Shown: positions 38,886 to 51,670 of the stretch, one piece after another
Layout: each line of letters begins with the position of its first letter
How positions within the stretch are numbered: the first letter of the stretch is position 1
IMG/VR virus record: IMGVR_UViG_3300044716_000732
Coordinates: 23,023 to 87,022 of that record
Length of the DNA: 64,000 nt
Strand: one strand, 5' to 3'
From: a virus
Program-made: the position numbers and the translations under genes
Notes under the pieces: model-generated
The model's input: the letters and a program-made list of their open reading frames with translations, nothing else
What the model was told of the DNA's origin: nothing
Databases searched by the model: none

Positions 38886-41252
38886 TTACTGCTGGAAAAC
38901 AATAGTAACTGTCCACCCCAATCCGCCAAGAGTTGTTGGCAACGCTAAACGTTGATAGCTAGATAATGGAGTAGTGCTAGTTAATGTTTTGTAAATTCTT
39001 CCTGTAGTGCTTGCTGTGTTATTCAAAACAGTTGCAGCAGAAGTTGGAGATGTATAAGTGAATGTGTTTATATCTGGTACACTTAGTACTATAGAAGTCG
39101 CATTAAATCCAGTACCGATATTATTAACGGTAATAACATCATTTTGAAAGAGTCCATGACCCGATACCCTTGCAGTAACAGTATAAGAATTTGCAGGACG
39201 AGTAAAAGTAGCGGCTGGCCAATTTGTTATACCTACTCTTGCTGATGTTAATTTTACGCAATTTGTTGTAAAATCAGGAGCAGAATTACCAGTTCCAATG
39301 TTTAATACTCTTGTTCCAGAATTTCTTCCAGCAGCTGCAAAGGAAGATAGAATTCCATTCACGGTTGATTGAGATAAAATATTCGAACTAGCATTAAAAG
39401 TTGCAAAAGAACTTAATACAGGACCAATTGTTCCACCAGATAAACTATTTGTTTGAACTTGAAAGGTTACAAGTGCTGTGTTATTTCCAAGATACGGTAA
39501 GTCTCCTGATAATGCATTTATATGAGCATAAAAAGTTTGAAGATTTGTAGCACCACTTAATGAATTAATTTTGGTTAATCTATTTGAGTGAACCTGAAAA
39601 TTAGTTAAAGATTTGCAATCATCTAATGAAGGAATTTCGCCTGATAGGCTGTTTGAATAAACCTGAAAATCTTTCAAGGCACTTAATCCATTTAAAGAAG
39701 GAATTGTTCCTGATAATGCATTTATAAGAGCATAAAAAGTTTGAAGATTTGTAGCACCACTTAATGAATTAATTTTGGTTAATCTATTTGAGTGAACCTG
39801 AAAATTAGTTAAAGATTTGCAATCATCTAATGAAGGAATTTCACCCGATAAGCTGTTTGTATAAACCTGAAAATCTTTCAAGGCACTTAATCCATTTAAA
39901 GAAGGAATTGTTCCTGATAATGCATTTTTAAGAGCATAAAAAGTTTGAAGATTTGTAGCACCACTTAATGAATTAATTTTGGTTAATTTATTAGAATACG
40001 CCTGAAAAGTAACCAAAGATTTACAATCATCTAATGAAGGAATTTCACCCGATAAACTATTGTCATGTACTTGAAATAAAGATAATGCACTCAATCCATT
40101 TAAAGATGGAATTTCCCCAGATAAACTATTACTAAATGCAGTAAATCTTTGAAGACTTTTAGCTCCGCTTAAAGAATTAATTTTGGTTAAACCACCTTTA
40201 TTGGCAGAGTTTAATCCCTCTACTGCAAACTCTCGTAAGTTTGGATTAAAATCCAATGTCGGAATTTCTCCTGTAAATGCATTTTGTGAACCAACATATT
40301 GAATTAAATTTGGAAAAGCTGATAAACTAGGAATATTTCCAGTAAGTCTTTGTCTACTACCTCCTTGAATATTAATATCGGTTAATGCAGTCGAATATGG
40401 TGGAAGAATTGGATGTGGACCAGTTAATGCGTTTTGTTGTATGAATAATAGTCTTAAATTAGAACATGCGCTTAGGTTTACTGCGTTTGTTCCACTAAGA
40501 CTTGAATTGTTTAAATATAAAACTTCTAGGTTAGTTAAATTAGACAAATCAGGAAATTGTCCTGATAATGAAATGTATTTATTATTTGTACTAGCAGCAA
40601 AGTTTATAACTCTTATATTTGGTTTATTGTTAAGTGTTTCTAAACCAGTTATAAGAGTATCTCTTGCATTAATAACTTCAAGACCTGTTAAAGAACCATA
40701 ATTTGTTAGTCTTATATTGTAATCATATTGCACATCAATATTTTTAATATTGGGAATTAAACTCAAATCACAATCTCCAACAATTGGATTATAATACAAA
40801 TTTAAAGTCTCTATTTTATTTCCTACAGAAAACGTTGGAACTGCTGTTAGCCCATTCCAATATAAATCCAAGCTTGTTAAATTAGGAAATCGTGTCGCAT
40901 CGAAATTATTTTTATATAGAGAATATCTAGCTTTTAAATCAACCAAAGAATTTAGATTTGATGTCGAATCAATAGCCGACAATGAATTATTTGAAATATC
41001 TAAAAATACAATGTTTGGTATATTGTTTGCATCAAAATTACCAGAAAGTTTATTTCCTGACAATGTAAGAACAGCTAGAGATGGGATTGAATTTGAAGCG
41101 GTAAAACTTTCGATATCATTATCTTTACAAACAAAACTTGTTAAATTTGGAAATGATGTAATATTTACAGAACCACTCAATTTAGGAACAGATGTTCCAC
41201 AATTTATTGAGTAAATATTGTTTGGATTTGATGTTTTGATAGATAAACTCAT
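38886..41252 (-). CDS. Leucine-rich-repeat protein, probably virion-associated or adhesin
   Basis: Many LxxFxxxxNxLSGxIP repeats; near-identical ~198-bp (66-aa) DNA repeats at ~39510-40100. Confidence 0.85.
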   Translation of the reverse strand: MSLSIKTSNPNNIYSINCGTSVPKLSGSVNITSFPNLTSFVCKDNDIESFTASNSIPSLAVLTLSGNKLSGNFDANNIPNIVFLDISNNSLSAIDSTSNLNSLVDLKARYSLYKNNFDATRFPNLTSLDLYWNGLTAVPTFSVGNKIETLNLYYNPIVGDCDLSLIPNIKNIDVQYDYNIRLTNYGSLTGLEVINARDTLITGLETLNNKPNIRVINFAASTNNKYISLSGQFPDLSNLTNLEVLYLNNSSLSGTNAVNLSACSNLRLLFIQQNALTGPHPILPPYSTALTDINIQGGSRQRLTGNIPSLSAFPNLIQYVGSQNAFTGEIPTLDFNPNLREFAVEGLNSANKGGLTKINSLSGAKSLQRFTAFSNSLSGEIPSLNGLSALSLFQVHDNSLSGEIPSLDDCKSLVTFQAYSNKLTKINSLSGATNLQTFYALKNALSGTIPSLNGLSALKDFQVYTNSLSGEIPSLDDCKSLTNFQVHSNRLTKINSLSGATNLQTFYALINALSGTIPSLNGLSALKDFQVYSNSLSGEIPSLDDCKSLTNFQVHSNRLTKINSLSGATNLQTFYAHINALSGDLPYLGNNTALVTFQVQTNSLSGGTIGPVLSSFATFNASSNILSQSTVNGILSSFAAAGRNSGTRVLNIGTGNSAPDFTTNCVKLTSARVGITNWPAATFTRPANSYTVTARVSGHGLFQNDVITVNNIGTGFNATSIVLSVPDINTFTYTSPTSAATVLNNTASTTGRIYKTLTSTTPLSSYQRLALPTTLGGLGWTVTIVFQQ

Positions 41253-41253
41253 A

Positions 41254-41499
41254 TTAATTGAATGTATGATTATAATTTACGCCGCTATTAATGTTTTGTG
41301 ATTGACTTCCGTCACCCCAATCTAATTGTACGTCATTTAAGGATGGATGATATATAACATTAACCCCATTTAATGTTGTTCCGTTAGAATTTGAAAATCC
41401 CCAAAATATATTATTTGAAATGGGAATAGATTGATAATCTCCATTACCAAATATGGTTTTTCCAAAAATTTTAGTTTTTCCTTTTATTTTTACTAACAT
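41254..41499 (-). CDS. Small protein with PKD-like WGDG motif, co-transcribed with the LRR gene
   Basis: LDWGDGS...NHTF. Confidence 0.6.
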   Translation of the reverse strand: MLVKIKGKTKIFGKTIFGNGDYQSIPISNNIFWGFSNSNGTTLNGVNVIYHPSLNDVQLDWGDGSQSQNINSGVNYNHTFN

Positions 41500-41828
41500 A
41501 TATAATACTTATACAAAAAACTTTTATTTTGACATTTTTAGAAAATATAGTACTATTAAAAATTAATGAATACTAAATATAAATTTGTCGAAACTACAGG
41601 TTGTACTGCATTTGATTTTGTAGTAAATGATACTTCATTATCTGTATTATCGAAAGAAGAAATTAATGAAATTCTAGATTACCTTTTTGTTAAAGTTAAA
41701 GAAGGTATTAACGATAATACAATACTCTTCCCTGATGTGGTGAAATTGTTCCAACCTGATGATTGGCATTATGGTACAGAAACTTGTGAAAGTTGCGGCG
41801 ACACTGTGGATGATATGACATGGAACAT

Positions 41829-42101
41829 ATGATTAAAGAACTAATATACCAAGTATCTGGATTGTTAATGACTTTTTGTTATTTGATTTGTACAGTACCA
41901 CAAATAATTAAAACATATAAAACCAAATCAGCTAAAGACATATCGGCTGGTTCTTTGGGTTTAGTAGTTTCAGGTCATATATTTTCTATAGTATATGCAA
42001 CATTTGGAAGCAATAACATTTGGGTTTTTGTTTGTGCATTGGGTGGTTTGTTATCGTCTGTCATCATGTTAATTCTTTGGAGCAAATACGGAAAACAATA
42101 A
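41829..42101 (+). CDS. PQ-loop / SemiSWEET-like membrane protein
   Basis: VPQIIKTYKTKSAKDIS plus three TMs. Confidence 0.8.
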   Translation: MIKELIYQVSGLLMTFCYLICTVPQIIKTYKTKSAKDISAGSLGLVVSGHIFSIVYATFGSNNIWVFVCALGGLLSSVIMLILWSKYGKQ

Positions 42102-42102
42102 T

Positions 42103-42240
42103 ATGATTTTAGCACTATCCGACATTCACTTGGGAAGTCCAATATGCCAAGCCGATTTGACCTTGGAAATTCTGGATGTGATTTGCCAATTACCTATGCT
42201 TTGATAGATGATAGAGGAAATATAGAATTAAAAAATTATG
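42103..42240 (+). pseudogene. Internally deleted LpxH-like metallophosphoesterase remnant
   Basis: MILALSDIHLGSPICQ N-terminus joined out of frame to NSGCDLPITYALIDDRGNIELKNY, a typical C-terminus. Confidence 0.6.
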
Positions 42241-45200
42241 AATGAAACATTTGAAGAATATAAATACGCAATTCGTCACAAACCTACTCAAAAATGGGTT
42301 AATTTTAAAAACGATGATTTAGAATTAACTGCAACCGCTATAGAATTAGTAGATCTCAAGGACTCTTTAATTTTAGCAAATAGAGTTATTTTGGAAACAT
42401 TTTTAAAAATGAGCGCATTTAATAATATTCCAAATTATGGTAACGAAAATTTTTTGGAATTTGAGCTTGTCAAAATAAAAACAACCTATACTATAGAATC
42501 ATGAGCGATTTTACACAACCATACACCCCCGAAGGAAAACATCCAGAAGACGCAATCTATGAAGTTAAAGAATTCTTCATAAAACTCCTTGATGTTCAAG
42601 AAGATTATTTTCAAAGATTGTCTAATCAATTAAAATTGACCAAAGAAGGAGAAGAGTATCTTTTTGATTATATCTATAACGTAAATAACGAAAATCAGCA
42701 AATTGATGACTTTGCACATTATTTGGAAACTCTTAATAAAAAATACAAAGATTTAATTAAAAAATAATATGAAAACACAAATTGATCCATTCAATGTAGC
42801 TTGCATGACTCTCGTTGCTTTTGGCATAATCTTTATAGGTTTTTTGACTTATAGTGAGGTAAAAGAAAGAGAAATCAAAGCCAATATAGTTAAAGAAGCA
42901 ATTCAAAAAGGTTGGACACCAGAACAAGTCAAAGGTATTTTAAAATGAACAAAAACAAAAAATATGTATTTGAAATAATTGTCAGAGAGACAGAAAATCT
43001 AGAAAAGATCTGCTCAACAATTACAGCTTGCGATTATACTTTTGAAGAATTAAAAGGTAGAAAAGCTGATCACGAAATTTTAAATTGTAAGGACATTCTT
43101 CTAGACCATCTTCCTAAAAAAGAATTGGAGAAGCAATACAAAAAAGATATGGAAGAGGCTTGTAAGAATTACGAAAATCATTTTAAAAATCCAGATACAT
43201 ATGGAATTATTACTCCTCAAAAAGAAAATAATGTGGAAACATACTACGAGAGAGTTGAAGATGGGGAAATTTTTATTAAAGACAAAAACACAAATAGCTT
43301 CTACAATGTAAACATGCAAAAACTTAAAGATGAAGGATATTTCGTTTTTGCTTATACAGAAAAAATTATGAATAACCTTGTAAAAAAAGGATGTTTTAGA
43401 AAGATTTAAAAATAATGAAACCAGAAGAATACAAAAACGGAACAACTGTTATCTACAGACTTTTTAGTAAAGTAGGTTCCTTATATGAAGGTGAAATTTT
43501 AGGTTATTCGGACTCTAAAAAATTTGTAAATATAAAAAATAAAAATAGTTTGTCTCAGTGGCACGAAATAGATTCTATATATGTTGTAGATACTGTTGAA
43601 AATCTTAAATCAGATTTTTTTACAAAAGAAGACATTGAACATGAGAATAAAAATATTGTCACAAAAGAAGATGTTCAAGATTATGAAAACATGATTAAAT
43701 GGCAAAAATTTAAAGAAAACTATTGGACTTATGGAACAAACGTAGAGACGGAAGATAAAGATGATCCGAAAATGACTGATGAAGATTGGGAAGATTTGAC
43801 CAAACAACTATATCCCGACGAATATTATCCTAAAAATTATGTAGAAAATAATTGCATGTATTATTTAGAATTCTTCAAAAATGATAGGTGGAAGTTATAT
43901 CTAAGACAAACTCTAAGCGTTCCTAAATTTAGCATATGTAGTGAACTTCCTTCTTATGTTCTTGGTGAAGGAAAAGTCGATATACCTGATATGTACAGTA
44001 TGTATAATTATAATAATCTTAAAAGAATTGTTGATGGTTTGAATTTACTTCCCAAACTAAATGAAGATTTAAATCCATATCCAAAAATGTCATCAGGAAC
44101 CTTTAATCCACCACAAGCAACTACAGATTATTTCGAGAAATATAAAAAAGAAAATAATTCTTGACTATTCCTCAAACAATCTCTACAATAATCTCTATTA
44201 TGAAGAAATGCTTTTTTAAAAATATCGGAGAATAATATGAAAGAAACACTATCAGCATTTTTTATCGGATTATTTTTAGGCGGTTACACTATGGGATTTT
44301 TAATCACGACTCATGTAACAAATCCTCGACAAGAAGAGGCAATCAAAAGGGGATATGCCGAAATGAAACTGCCCACACCAACTTCGAAGGAAGCAGTTTT
44401 TACTTGGAAATAATATGAAAAAACTAATACTAATAACAACAATTGCGTCTACAATTCTTCTTACAGGTTGTGGAGGATTTCAAAACAGTCTCAATAAAAC
44501 TTTGAATGGTCTTTCTAGTGGAACATATATTGTCACAGTTTGGTCCGGTGGACAAGCTGTAAGGACATATAAAGTTGAAGGGTTTGTAAATACAGAATCA
44601 AGTTCGGATGGTTGGTTCTTTGTGGTGAATGGAAAGCTGGTTAGAATTTCAGGAACTATAACAATCGAACAACAGTGAAAGAATGTAATACAAAGGCTCA
44701 TCTTTATGGTTGTGGATGTTTTAAATGTTTTCAGAGTAGACAACAAACAATTCAATTAGAATCTGAAAAAAGACAGAAAGACACGATATATTCATGTATG
44801 TCGGATTTAATAATAGATCATCTATTAATTGCATCCAGAGTATTTGGGTACTTCTTTTTTTGTTTAATTGGTAGCGTAATGTTTCATAGTAAAGATATTA
44901 ATATGAATATTTTAATCAGTATTTTATTTCTTGCATTGGCTGGTCATCAACTAGTCAAAGTATCATTTAAAGAATGAAACTCTATCTTCCAGAAATATTT
45001 CAAGAACTAGGTCATTTTACTTGCAAAAAGCCTATCTATTTTGATGTTTATTATGTTGATAGAAAAACAGGAGCAGTGCATTTTGTATGGGACTTTGGTA
45101 TGGAGTCTTCAATTAGTTTGAGAAGTTGTACTTGTAAACATTTAAAAAGATTAAAAGAAAAAATTTATAGAGAAGTAATTTTTGATCTTGGACATGCTTT

Positions 45201-45286
45201 CTTTCATTATGAAGGTGATCCAAATTATACATATTATCATTGGGCATTGAAGGCTTGGTTAAAAGATAGATTGGAGACTAAAGAGT

Positions 45287-45574
45287 ATGACATCAGCTGT
45301 TAAAAATCTGATAAAAGCGAACAATCTTTTGATTTGTCCTTCATGCAAAGGCGAAGGAGAGGTCGAGTATTTCTGTGGACATTATACTACAACTTCATGT
45401 AGTATGTGTGCAGGAAATGGAATTATAAAATCATTTAATAAACAAAAACATAAAAAAGTTTGCACTATATGTCAGGGACGAGGTGGTTTAGGGTGTTGTG
45501 ATAAAAAGGGATTTCTTGAATGGGAAAGCTATGAATTAATAAAAAAGATTGACTATTCCTCAAACAATCTCTAA
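45287..45574 (+). CDS. DnaJ-type CxxCxGxG zinc-finger protein
   Basis: CPSCKGEG, CSMCAGNG, CTICQGRG. Confidence 0.75.
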   Translation: MTSAVKNLIKANNLLICPSCKGEGEVEYFCGHYTTTSCSMCAGNGIIKSFNKQKHKKVCTICQGRGGLGCCDKKGFLEWESYELIKKIDYSSNNL

Positions 45575-45584
45575 TATCTAAACC

Positions 45585-45971
45585 ATGACAAACAAAGAAA
45601 TCAATATCGCAATCGCAGAGGCGTGTGGATGGCTTAAATTCACGCAATTCACCACTTATCCTAAATCATGGGGGCGAACCCCAGCTAGGTATCATAAACC
45701 TATTTGGAGCTTAACGTCATTAACTGATATGACAGAGGACGAGTGTACTAAATACGGGTGGCACGGAGATGGGCATATCTGTATTGCTCATATTCCTGAC
45801 TACTGCAACGACCTCAACGCAATGCACGAAGCGGAGAAGACCCTTAACTCCGAGCAACTGCACGAATACTACGACAAATTGGAACTATTCAATGGTTGGG
45901 AATATCCATCATCTACCGCTCGTCAACGCGCCGAGGCTTTTCTGAAAACAATCGGAAAATGGGAAGAATAA
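45585..45971 (+). CDS. Paralog family A (phage ABA-sandwich-like), copy 1
   Basis: MTNKEINIAIAEACGW...PDYCNDLNAMHEAEK...TARQRAEAFLKTIGKWEE. Confidence 0.7.
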   Translation: MTNKEINIAIAEACGWLKFTQFTTYPKSWGRTPARYHKPIWSLTSLTDMTEDECTKYGWHGDGHICIAHIPDYCNDLNAMHEAEKTLNSEQLHEYYDKLELFNGWEYPSSTARQRAEAFLKTIGKWEE

Positions 45972-46410
45972 AACTTGACATATCCATAAAGACATTATAC
46001 TATTAAACGCATGAAAATATTCACACAAAATTCTTACGTTTGGGGTGACAAAATAAACTTTGCTGACGAAAACAATGTTTCTCTAGGGTATAATTTGGGT
46101 CAAGACTGCTGCGAATATGCAGACTGGTTTATTGATGATACTCCATGGCAAACTCGCTTACCAAAAAATATTTCTAACTATCAAAAAACAGAAGGGTATG
46201 ATGGTTGGGTTTTTGATACTAATTTTCAAGTACTCATTGAAAGTCATAAAGATTTGGATGAGGGAGGAATAGCAATCTTTAAAATTACAAAAGATGGAGC
46301 CGAGAAATACATTCATATTTTTAATTCTCACAATGGTTATTATGGCCATGGATTTAATTTTACTATCGGAGAAACCGTTCTAGAAAAAGGCATTCTGTAA
46401 TCAATAACAT

Positions 46411-46752
46411 ATGACAGACGAACAAATCAATATCGCAATCGCTGAAGCACTTGGAAAAGCCGTCGAGTGGCACGATGAAGCTCCATACTGGCTCGGCATG
46501 TGGTCTTCTGTGGGCGAAGGAAATGAATCATTTGCTGAATTTAATCCAGCCTACGACCTCAACGCCATGCACGAAGCGGAGAAAGTGCTTAATGATGAAC
46601 AATGGCTTGAATATCGAGAGGAATTGCGGAATGTAGTCCTTGGAGGAATCAGAATGGTGTCGCAATGGTGCAAAGCTGACTTGCACGCAACCGCTCGCCA
46701 ACGCGCAGAGGCATTCTTGCGAACACTCGGAAAATGGGAGGAAGATCAATGA
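46411..46752 (+). CDS. Paralog family A, copy 2
   Basis: MTDEQINIAIAEALG...DLNAMHEAEK...ATARQRAEAFLRTLGKWEE. Confidence 0.7.
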   Translation: MTDEQINIAIAEALGKAVEWHDEAPYWLGMWSSVGEGNESFAEFNPAYDLNAMHEAEKVLNDEQWLEYREELRNVVLGGIRMVSQWCKADLHATARQRAEAFLRTLGKWEEDQ

Positions 46753-49700
46753 ATTCTGATACAATAAGATATTTCAAAAAAGCAGAAAAGATTCAAGAAC
46801 AACTCAAAGAATTTGGTTTTCATGATTTTGTATATCTCTGGTATACTGACGGAAGATATTCTGGATATTGGAAAGATATGTCTGTTTCTATAGATGAACC
46901 AGAACAAGACTCTTATTGTCACTGGCAGTTTACTTTTAGAGGTAGATGCTCAACTAATAGGAGATTGCATCTGGAAGCAGTCATGCCAGTATTTGAAGAC
47001 TATTTTGTTATTGATTTGAGATACTATGAAGACATTGAACTCCATGGTAGAAAAGGATATAGCGGAGCAACTTCTGTTTTGTCTGTTGAAGGAATTTTAG
47101 AAGAAGACTTGAAGGACATGCAAAAGTATATAGACTATTTGGTGAAATAAATTTATGAAAATACCAGTAACATTCGTAGGCGTAGATCCAATGACATTCG
47201 ACCTTGTAGGAAATAGATGGTTTATAGTTGGTTGCGATGAAGAAAAAAGAACAGTAACACTTTCAACTACGCAAGATCGAACAATAGAATATAGTTTTAC
47301 TGAATTAAACAAATTAAAAGGTTGTTTTTGGTTTGGACATATTTCCGATGAAGATCTCAGAACAGCTAAAGAAATTAAATGAAACAAGATTATAACAAAT
47401 CAGATTTTGGTTTTGGATCAGTTGTAGGAAATGATTTCACTTCATACCCATTTAACGCAATGAAATACGATTATAATGCAGCAGTTCCTAATCTTATAGG
47501 ATCAAACGGTTTAACAATTAACTCAGAAATTATTAATAATAGTCTAATTGATTGCGAACACATTCAGCGTATTAAAAAAGACATAGAACTATTAGCAAAC
47601 GATACAAGCAAAGATCTAAATGTAATGCAAGCTGAAATATACACAAATCAACAATTTGTTTATAAATTAAAGCAAGATGTAGATGTATTTGTGAACGAAT
47701 TGCAAACTGAAATAAACGGAACAGAAGCAATGTTAGAAAAACTCCAAAAAGAGTTACAAGAATTTAAAAAAGATACTAATAAATTTCTGAGACATTTAAT
47801 CGATACTTCAATTATTCTGTCTGTTGCTATTGTTTTTATTTTAATTTTAATTATTTTTTATTACAAATGAGAGCAGATTATAAAAACACAAAAGTTGGAG
47901 ATAAAATAGTCTTCAAAAAAGCTGGAGAATGGCATTACTTTTTAAACCGAATTGAGAACGCAAAGAAATTAGAAGCTGGAAAAATTTATACTGTTAAAGA
48001 AATTTCAGTTGCATCTTCTTCAACTGGTGTTAAGCTAGAAGAAACTGGTGAATTGGAATATGAACTTTGCTGGTTTGATAAATTAGAAAATATGAATACA
48101 GAAATAGAAACATTAACAGAAGAATTTGAACAAATTCTTTCATTAAAAGAAGACACAAAATTAGAAGAAGCGGGATATACAAAAAATACAGAAGAATGGA
48201 TTGAACATCTTAAAACAAACTTAAATGATGAAGAAATATCAAATGGATTTATTTTTGATTATGAGATTATTAAAAACTCTGAAGCATTTGCTTTGGGTCC
48301 AGTATTTTCATATGAAGGTAAAGTAAAAGCATGTTTTTCAGCAAAATATAATTCTTTAGTAGATCTCAAAGAAGCATTAAAAGAGAAAAAATATATTTTG
48401 TATGTAGTTTTTTGTACAATTGCTTCCGAGCCTATTAGTCCAATTGAAACAAGAGATCTTCTTATTACATTTAAAGATAATTTTTCGCCAATAGATAGAA
48501 TTGGAAAAAATCCAAAAATACGTTATATGTTTAGAGGACATATTCTAGATTAAAAATTATGAATCAAAACACACAAAACTGGATAATTGAACAAGCAAGC
48601 AATGTAACAAATTGGGCAAATGCAGAAGTTCCTTTGTTTATTCAAGAATTTTTGATTTGGAATTTTTATAGTGGACTAATTAACATTGTAGGGATTTTAA
48701 TTTCATTAGTAATTACTTTTGGTCTTTATATTAAATTTAAAAAGTACATCGTTGAATCTTTTAAAAACGGAGAACCGTTAATGGCTTTAAGTCTCGTTTT
48801 TATCATTCCTATTGTGGTGTTTTTAGTGATAGGTCTTTTTTGTAGTGTTAAAGATGTGATTCAAATTAAAGTCGCACCAAAAGTTTATCTGGTAGAAAAA
48901 GCAGCAGAAATGATTAAAAAATAAAAAATATGCTACAAGTAATACAATTTATATTTTCCTCTTTTTGGATTTGGTTAGGAACTTTAATTTTAATAACTGC
49001 TCCTCTTGCTTACCTTTGTGATTTAGTGAGAACTCTTTTTAATAAACAATGAATACAGAACAAATAGAAAAAATTGCAATTAATTGGGATGATTGGTATG
49101 ATTCAGAAAAACCAGAAAGCATTAAGTGGTCGCCAAGATATGCTGAGTATAAGATTAAAGATTTATTTTTAGAACTATTGGAAATTGAAAAACGAAGAGA
49201 ACTAACAGTAAAAACGGGTCTTAGAATGAGAAATTACTTAGAACAATTTTCAAATTACGGTTTTAGTTTTGATAGAGAAAAAAGCTTTCTTGATATAGCT
49301 GGTTGTAAAATTAATCTAGAATTAGATTTTAATGCACCTACTTGGGGAATAGAATATAATGGCATTCAATTAGTAAAATGAATTTATGCAAACAGAAATA
49401 GAAACACTAAAGCGACAATTAGAAGATTGGAAAAAATGTGCAGAAGATATGGCTAGTGTTCTTGAATCTTTTGGTTTTGATAAATATCATCCTTATGTAA
49501 TTGATTTTACAAAATTAAATGAAAAATATTTGGTAGAATAAATTCATGAATAACGACGAACTAACAACAAAAATTTATAGAATGTTTCAAAATGAAACTA
49601 TATTCCATAAAATTGAAATAAAAGACTCTACTGGTAAGATTTGGTTTGAAGGAAAACTTTATACCGAAGAAAAACAAGGCGAAGCAAAAATTCCAAACCT

Positions 49701-50247
49701 GTATAAGAAGCTTGATCAAGCTATTAGAAACATTCCAGATCATTTTTAAATTATGAAAATAACATACGAACTAAAAAATATAATAGAAAATATATCTACA
49801 CTAACTCCTAGTGAAATTATTAAGAAACTTGATGATTTTTTGTATATCACAAACAGTTTTGATGAAAAGTATGGTGGAAATTTTAATACTCTATATTGTG
49901 GACTACATGTTTATACATATCTTCAATTGTCTTCAAAATATAAATTTGAACATAATGTAAACGATTTAGAATTTCCAGTTCTTTTTGGTAAGTGGACTAA
50001 TGAAGAACAAACAATTTCTTTATATCTTTCTCCAGATAGATGTAAAGATGATGAATTTATTATTGAAAACGGATTATGAATGACGCAGAATATTGGGAAA
50101 AACAAATTGTAGAAGTTTGTAAACAATACTTTTATCTTCGGGAAATATTAAATGAAATTGTTATTGCTCCCTTCGATAAGGAACCATTTAATAACATAGA
50201 ATGGTATAAAAATGTTGCAAAAAGAGCATTAGAAGAATCTTCATTAA

Positions 50248-50317
50248 ATGAATAACGAATATACACCAGATAAATGGCTGGTTGTTAAAATTGAAGGAGA
50301 AGAATTTCCTTTGACCT
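50248..50317 (+). pseudogene. Stranded 5' end of an old allele of gene 51671-52000; doubles as the predicted TnpB guide source
   Basis: MNNEYTPDKWLVVKIEGEEFPLT versus MKQYTPDKWLVIKIEGGDFPLT; breaks inside the Tyr codon at the TnpB right end. Confidence 0.85.
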
Positions 50318-50352
50318 GTGAACTACCAGTAGGCTAAAGACCTACTGGCTTC
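50318..50352 (-). mobile_element. IS200/IS605-type right end / omegaRNA 3' hairpin
   Basis: Minus strand GAAGCCAGTAGG-TCTTTAG-CCTACTGGTAGTTCAC: hairpin ending in TTCAC. Confidence 0.75.
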
Positions 50353-51593
50353 AGGGTATAAATTCTACCCTTCTTTTTAAGAACTTCAACGCCAGTGCCT
50401 CTAGAAACCTTTGAGATCTCCTTTGGTCTTACCTTAGCTCCATTCCTGTTATCGACAGTTCCTGCCGATTGAATTGCTAATGCTCTTCTTAAAATATTCC
50501 TACTTGCATTAACATCTCTGTCATGTATTGTGTTGCATTTAGAACAAGTCCAAGTTCTTTCATCCAATGAAAGAGATTCTTTGGTGTGATCGCAGCAACT
50601 ACATGTTTTGGAAGACGGATAGAAACGATCAATTACAATCACTTCTTTATCATTCCATTCTGCTTTGTACTTTAATTTGGTCACAAAGCTCGACCATGCT
50701 ACGTCTGATATTGCCTTAGAAAGTTTATGATTCTTAACCATCCCTTTCACGTTCAGGTTTTCTATTGCAATCAGATCATAGTCTCTTACTAACTTAGAAG
50801 AAACTTTATGTTGCATATCATTACGAGAATTGGTTATCTTCTCGTGTACCTTTGCAACAGCTATTCTAGCTTTGTCTCTTCCTTTTGATCCTTTTTGTTT
50901 TCTACTTAAAATTCTTTGCTTTTTAGCTAACTTAGCTTCATACTTCTTAGTGAACTTCGGATTACAATATCTCTGTTCTTCAGAAGTAATAATGAAGTCT
51001 TTCAACCCCAAATCAATTCCAATGCTCTTTCCTGTTTTCTTGTGTTTAATTGGCTTTTCCGCAACGCACAGGAAGGAAATGTAGTATTTTCCTGTAGTTA
51101 ATTTGGAAATGGTTGCTGATTTAATTTCTCCTTTTAGTTCTCTATGTTTAACAAATTTTAATCCTTCTTTGAACTTTGGTATTTGAACTACATTTTCTTC
51201 TTTTAAAGAAATATGTTGAGGGATCTGAAACGAATTTTTATTCTTTTTTGATTTAAAACGAGGGAACTTAGATTTCTTTTTAAAAAAATTGCCATAAGCT
51301 GTTTCCAAATTCATTAGAGTGGATATAAGAACTTGCGAATTAACTTCTTTTAACCATTCATATCCTTCTTCTTTTTTCTTAGCTACTAAATTTCCTGCAC
51401 ATTGATTAAAATTCAACGTTGTTTTGTTTTCCAAATAATGTTTTTGCTTTTCAGATAAAAAGTGATTATAGATGAATCTAGAACATCCAAAGTGCTTTGC
51501 TAAAAGAACTTCTTGCTCCTTTGTAGGAAGCAAACGGAACTTAAATGCTTTATGCATTTCGTTCTCTTTTAGTTCTTGACATTTCCCGATCAT
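50334..51593 (-). CDS. tnpB: TnpB RNA-guided nuclease (no TnpA in window)
   Basis: KAFKFRLLPT HTH, FGCSRFIYN, RuvC GIDLG / IENL / DRDVNA all intact, Zn finger CSCC..CSKC. Confidence 0.95.
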   Translation of the reverse strand: MIGKCQELKENEMHKAFKFRLLPTKEQEVLLAKHFGCSRFIYNHFLSEKQKHYLENKTTLNFNQCAGNLVAKKKEEGYEWLKEVNSQVLISTLMNLETAYGNFFKKKSKFPRFKSKKNKNSFQIPQHISLKEENVVQIPKFKEGLKFVKHRELKGEIKSATISKLTTGKYYISFLCVAEKPIKHKKTGKSIGIDLGLKDFIITSEEQRYCNPKFTKKYEAKLAKKQRILSRKQKGSKGRDKARIAVAKVHEKITNSRNDMQHKVSSKLVRDYDLIAIENLNVKGMVKNHKLSKAISDVAWSSFVTKLKYKAEWNDKEVIVIDRFYPSSKTCSCCDHTKESLSLDERTWTCSKCNTIHDRDVNASRNILRRALAIQSAGTVDNRNGAKVRPKEISKVSRGTGVEVLKKKGRIYTLKPVGL

Positions 51594-51670
51594 TTATTAT
51601 ACTTATCTCAGATGAATGTATTTTTAGAGTAAAAATTAAAAATACTTTAAAATATTTTAAATAGTAATTT

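Larger units (their letters stand above)
42238..50247 (+). other. Dense run of small hypothetical genes, many with their own promoter
   Basis: Contiguous + strand ORFs with overlapping stop/start codons and repeated TTGAC-17-TAATAT promoters. Confidence 0.8.

Noticed and set aside
39510-40100. Diversity-generating retroelement TR/VR pair
   Set aside because: Repeats are in-frame tandem LRR units and no reverse transcriptase is present in the window
50318-51660. Autonomous IS200/IS605 element or Cas12f system
   Set aside because: No tnpA, recognisable left-end hairpin or CRISPR array nearby
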